A stretch of DNA of 64,000 bases, from contig JASGHJ010000002.1 of NCBI GenBank assembly GCA_047602405.1, positions 2,560,001 to 2,624,000 of the forward strand, in the 5' to 3' direction. Position 1 is the stretch's first letter; every line of letters starts with the position of its first letter. The notes beneath the pieces were generated by a model that worked only from the letters and a program-made list of their open reading frames with translations, did not search any database and was not told the DNA's origin. The translations under genes were made by a program, and so were the position numbers. Below are positions 61,143 through 64,000 of the stretch, piece after piece. The stretch is from Anaeromyxobacteraceae bacterium (GTDB lineage: Bacteria; Myxococcota; Myxococcia; Myxococcales; Anaeromyxobacteraceae).

Positions 61143-62303
61143 TCACATCCCGGGGAACGGGTACGGGGTCGAGCCGGTGAAGTCGATCTTCGAGAAGTCG
61201 AGGTCCTTCGAGCCGTCGGCGAGCACGGGCACCGGACCGAACTGCGGGTCGCACGCGCTCGCGTCGGTGCCGTTCACCTCGTGCGAGGCGCCCACGATGG
61301 TCGCGCCCGCCGCGTCCTCGGCCTTCATGAGCCAGTAGCTCTCGGCGAAGTCGGAGGAGCCCTCGTCCGGCGAGGCGTGGCAGGTCACGCCGACGACGCG
61401 GTCGATCGTGTGGGCGGGCAGCTGGCCGTTCACCATCAGCGCGTCGGAGCGGCCGTGCACGGCGCCGGCGGCGGTGCGGTACCAGCGTGAGACGAGCGAG
61501 ACGTCCGCGGGGAGGAGCGACGGGTTCGAGGGGCACGCGAAGACCATGTCCTCGTCGACGAGCAGGCTGCCGCCCTTGCCCTTCTCGTGCAGGTAGACCT
61601 GGTGCGTGGAGCGCGGGGCGGCCTTCACGGCGGAGAGGGCGTCGGTGTCCCAGATGACGTCCTTCGCGTCGGCGACCACGGTGCGGGTGCCGGCGAGCGA
61701 GGAGAAGGTGAACACGAGGGTGCCGGCGACGTCCTGCCCGGTCACCGAGGCGAGCTTCGTGAGGTCGATGGAGACGTGGCCCGAGCCCTCACCCGGCCTC
61801 GTCGCGTCCTTGCGATCGACGTCACCCGTCGTGACGGTCGTGAAGTCCGCGTCGGCGAGCTTCCTGAGCTGGAGCGTCCAGGTGTAGGTCGTGTCGCCGG
61901 TGCGGGTGACCGTGAACTTCCGCTCGAGCGTCGGGCCGACCGTGTCCCAGGTCGCGCTCTCGCCGACCTGGACCGGGTTGCCCTTCATCGCGAGCGCGAC
62001 GTGGCGCAGCGCGTGCCACAGGTGGCGGTTCACCCGGCGCGCGGTGTCGTGCGTGCGGACGAAGAGGTGCGGGTGGCAGGGGTCCTCGGTGACGGCCGAC
62101 TGGATGCCGGCGAGCTCGGAGGCGCTGGCCGGGGTGACGGCTTCGGAGAGCGCCGGGGAGACGGCGTCGGCGGCGGTGACGTCCATCGCGACCGCGTCGT
62201 AGGACGGCGCGCTCGCGGAGAGCGCTTCGACCGTGGTCGACTGCGAGGCGCCGCCGCAGGCGGCGAGGAACGCGGCGGCGAGGAAGAGGGAGAGGCGCTT
62301 CAT
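61143..62303 (-). CDS. Hypothetical lipoprotein
   Basis: AGGAG RBS and MKRLSLFLAAAFLAAC lipobox. Confidence 0.8.
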   Translation of the reverse strand: MKRLSLFLAAAFLAACGGASQSTTVEALSASAPSYDAVAMDVTAADAVSPALSEAVTPASASELAGIQSAVTEDPCHPHLFVRTHDTARRVNRHLWHALRHVALAMKGNPVQVGESATWDTVGPTLERKFTVTRTGDTTYTWTLQLRKLADADFTTVTTGDVDRKDATRPGEGSGHVSIDLTKLASVTGQDVAGTLVFTFSSLAGTRTVVADAKDVIWDTDALSAVKAAPRSTHQVYLHEKGKGGSLLVDEDMVFACPSNPSLLPADVSLVSRWYRTAAGAVHGRSDALMVNGQLPAHTIDRVVGVTCHASPDEGSSDFAESYWLMKAEDAAGATIVGASHEVNGTDASACDPQFGPVPVLADGSKDLDFSKIDFTGSTPYPFPGM

Positions 62304-62345
62304 GTTCGGCTCCTGGAAGGGGGGTGCAGCGGGTCCGCCTCTTCG

Positions 62346-62370
62346 AACACGCGACCGCAGGCAAGGTTGC
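62346..62370 (-). promoter_or_regulatory. Candidate ECF sigma promoter
   Basis: GCAAC-N17-GTT upstream of the lipoprotein gene, divergent from the ECF sigma gene. Confidence 0.35.
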
Positions 62371-62516
62371 GCCCCGTAACGCCGGGCCCGCTCCGGAGAC
62401 CGCAGTGATCCGGAGGTCCCGCCGTGAGCAGCCCTGCAGCGGAAGCGCCAGGTACCCGGGTGGGACACAGGCTCCGCGAGCGTATCCGTACGCCTCCCAC
62501 ACCGGAATCGTGGGGT

Positions 62517-63221
62517 ATGGTGTTCGCTCGCGTGCTGTCCGATCCCGACGCCCCTGGCGAGGTCCGCGACGCGGGCCGCCCCTCCGGCTCCATCCCCGGG
62601 GTGGAGGAGTGGGCGCTCGTCGAGGCGCTCCAGGCCGGGGACGAGGCGGCGTTCCTCGCGCTCGTGGATCGCTACCACGCGGAGATGGTGCGGGTGGCCT
62701 CGACGATCGTGCGGACGCGGGCCTCGGCCGAGGACGTCGTCCAGGAGGCCTGGCTCGGCGTCGTGCAGCGCGTGCACGCGTTCGAGTCGCGCAGCAGCGT
62801 CCGGACGTGGCTCTTCCGGATCGTGACCAACTGCGCGAAGGGGCGGCGCGCGCGCGAGCGCGACGTCCCCTTCTCCGCGCTCGCCGAGCAGGGCGCCGAG
62901 GAGGGCCCGACGGTGGACCCCGATCGTTTCCACGCCGCCTCCGAGACGTACGCCGGGCAGTGGTCGCGTCCGCCGGAGGCCTGGGCCGACGACAAGCTCG
63001 CGGCACATCAGGCCGCCCGCCGGGTGCACGAGGAGATCGAGCGGCTCCCGGCCGCGCAGCGCGCGGTCATCGTGCTGCGCGACGTCGAGGGCCTGTCGTC
63101 GGAGGAGGTCTGCGAGTCGCTCGGGATCTCCGACGGCAACCAGCGCGTGCTGCTCCACCGCGCGCGCGCCCGGGTGCGGGCCGCCGTCGAGGCCCTGCTC
63201 GCCGAGGGAGGGCGCCCGTGA
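62517..63221 (+). CDS. ECF RNA polymerase sigma factor
   Basis: AEDVVQEAW...FE.RSSVRTWLFRI..N (region 2) and LP..QR.VIVLRDVEG...LHRAR (region 4). Start is 62517 or 62532. Confidence 0.92.
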   Translation: MVFARVLSDPDAPGEVRDAGRPSGSIPGVEEWALVEALQAGDEAAFLALVDRYHAEMVRVASTIVRTRASAEDVVQEAWLGVVQRVHAFESRSSVRTWLFRIVTNCAKGRRARERDVPFSALAEQGAEEGPTVDPDRFHAASETYAGQWSRPPEAWADDKLAAHQAARRVHEEIERLPAAQRAVIVLRDVEGLSSEEVCESLGISDGNQRVLLHRARARVRAAVEALLAEGGRP

Positions 63222-63484
63222 GCGACGGCCGACCCGACATCTCCTGCGCCGAGCTCGTCGAGCTCGTGACCGACTACCTCGAGGACCGCATGGGCGAGGA
63301 CGAGCGCACCCGCCTCGAGCTCCACCTCGCCTACTGCCCGCCCTGCCGCGTGTACCTCGAGCAGGTGCGCGCCACGGTGGCGCTCGCCGGACGGCTGACG
63401 GAGGAGAGCGTGCCCGCGACGAAGCGCGACGAGCTCCTCGAGGCCTTCCGCGGCTGGGGCGGCGGCAGCCGGGGGCGCCGGTGA
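63218..63484 (+). CDS. Zinc-finger (zf-HC2) anti-sigma factor
   Basis: SC.ELVELVTDYLE...HLAYCPPC; GTGA overlap with the sigma gene. Confidence 0.9.
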   Translation: MSDGRPDISCAELVELVTDYLEDRMGEDERTRLELHLAYCPPCRVYLEQVRATVALAGRLTEESVPATKRDELLEAFRGWGGGSRGRR

Positions 63485-64000
63485 TCGCGTACAAGTTCCT
63501 CGAGCGCGGCGCGGTCGGCCCGTTCAGCCGGTTCGTGTGGCCCCTGCCCGCCCCGGGAGAGCCCGGCCCCTGGGTCGAGGCGCGCGAGGCGCACGGGCGT
63601 CGCCGCGGCGTGTACGCCTGCCGGGCCGATCAGCTCGCCTGGTGGATCGACGAGGGAGCTCTTCCGGATCGAGCTCGGCGGCGAGATCTCCGTCGGGCCG
63701 GTGCAGGTGGTGGCCGAGCGCGCGCGCCTCCTCGAGCCCGTCGAGGCCTGGGCCTCCGGCGGCGCGGCGCGCTTCGCGGCCGACTGCGCCGGGCGCCTCG
63801 CCGCGGCGGCCGCCGCGACCGCCCGGGCCGCGGGCCTGCGCGACGCCGCCGACGCCCTCGCGGACGCTTCCGGGCTCGGCGCCCTCTCGGCGGCGGCCCG
63901 GGCGGCGGCGGGCGCGACGTCCGGGCCCTGCCGCCTCGTGCTCGCGCTCGCGGCGGACGGCGCCGCGCTCGCCGGCGCCGGCAGCGCGTCCGGCGCGGCC
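63481..64000 (+). CDS. Hypothetical protein, 3'-truncated by the window (apparent +1 frameshift at 63654-63656)
   Basis: GTGA overlap; VIAYKFL..GAVGPFS.F.WP...GVYAC...WWIDE, then ELFRIELGGEI...VVAERARLL after removing one G. Confidence 0.6.
   Translation, partial: MIAYKFLERGAVGPFSRFVWPLPAPGEPGPWVEAREAHGRRRGVYACRADQLAWWIDEGALPDRARRRDLRRAGAGGGRARAPPRARRGLGLRRRGALRGRLRRAPRRGGRRDRPGRGPARRRRRPRGRFRARRPLGGGPGGGGRDVRALPPRARARGGRRRARRRRQRVRRG

Overview
Very GC-rich chromosomal window whose gene content points to an Anaeromyxobacter-like myxobacterium (inferred, not proven). It holds about 55 CDSs. These include a caspase-like protein with an RCC1 lipoprotein, two DUF222-like HNH proteins, patatin, a Clp ATPase, a CHASE hybrid kinase, chrA, nadD, namZ and mutS2. 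There is a porin plus LivKHMGF-type ABC plus CBS operon, then rnr, moeA, yggX, a radical SAM protein, an ATP-grasp protein and rrf2-napA-napB. The right end has a PLP decarboxylase, glycosyltransferases, an S9 peptidase and an ECF sigma/anti-sigma pair. No rRNA, tRNA, CRISPR array or transposase was seen. Main observations: (1) the radical SAM gene reads through UGA into C-U-A-E-P with a SECIS-like hairpin, so it is probably a selenoprotein, and it lies near an ATP-grasp gene; (2) a ~650-bp non-coding element built of nested inverted repeats; (3) both HNH genes carry a PafBC-like TGTC-N12-[-10] promoter, and one also has a Myxococcus-type LexA box; (4) a 4x67-bp structured tandem repeat; (5) five 1-bp frameshifts, three of them GATC->GATTC, which suggests methylation-linked sequencing errors; (6) a perfect palindrome over the rrf2-napAB promoter; (7) many apparently leaderless promoters.
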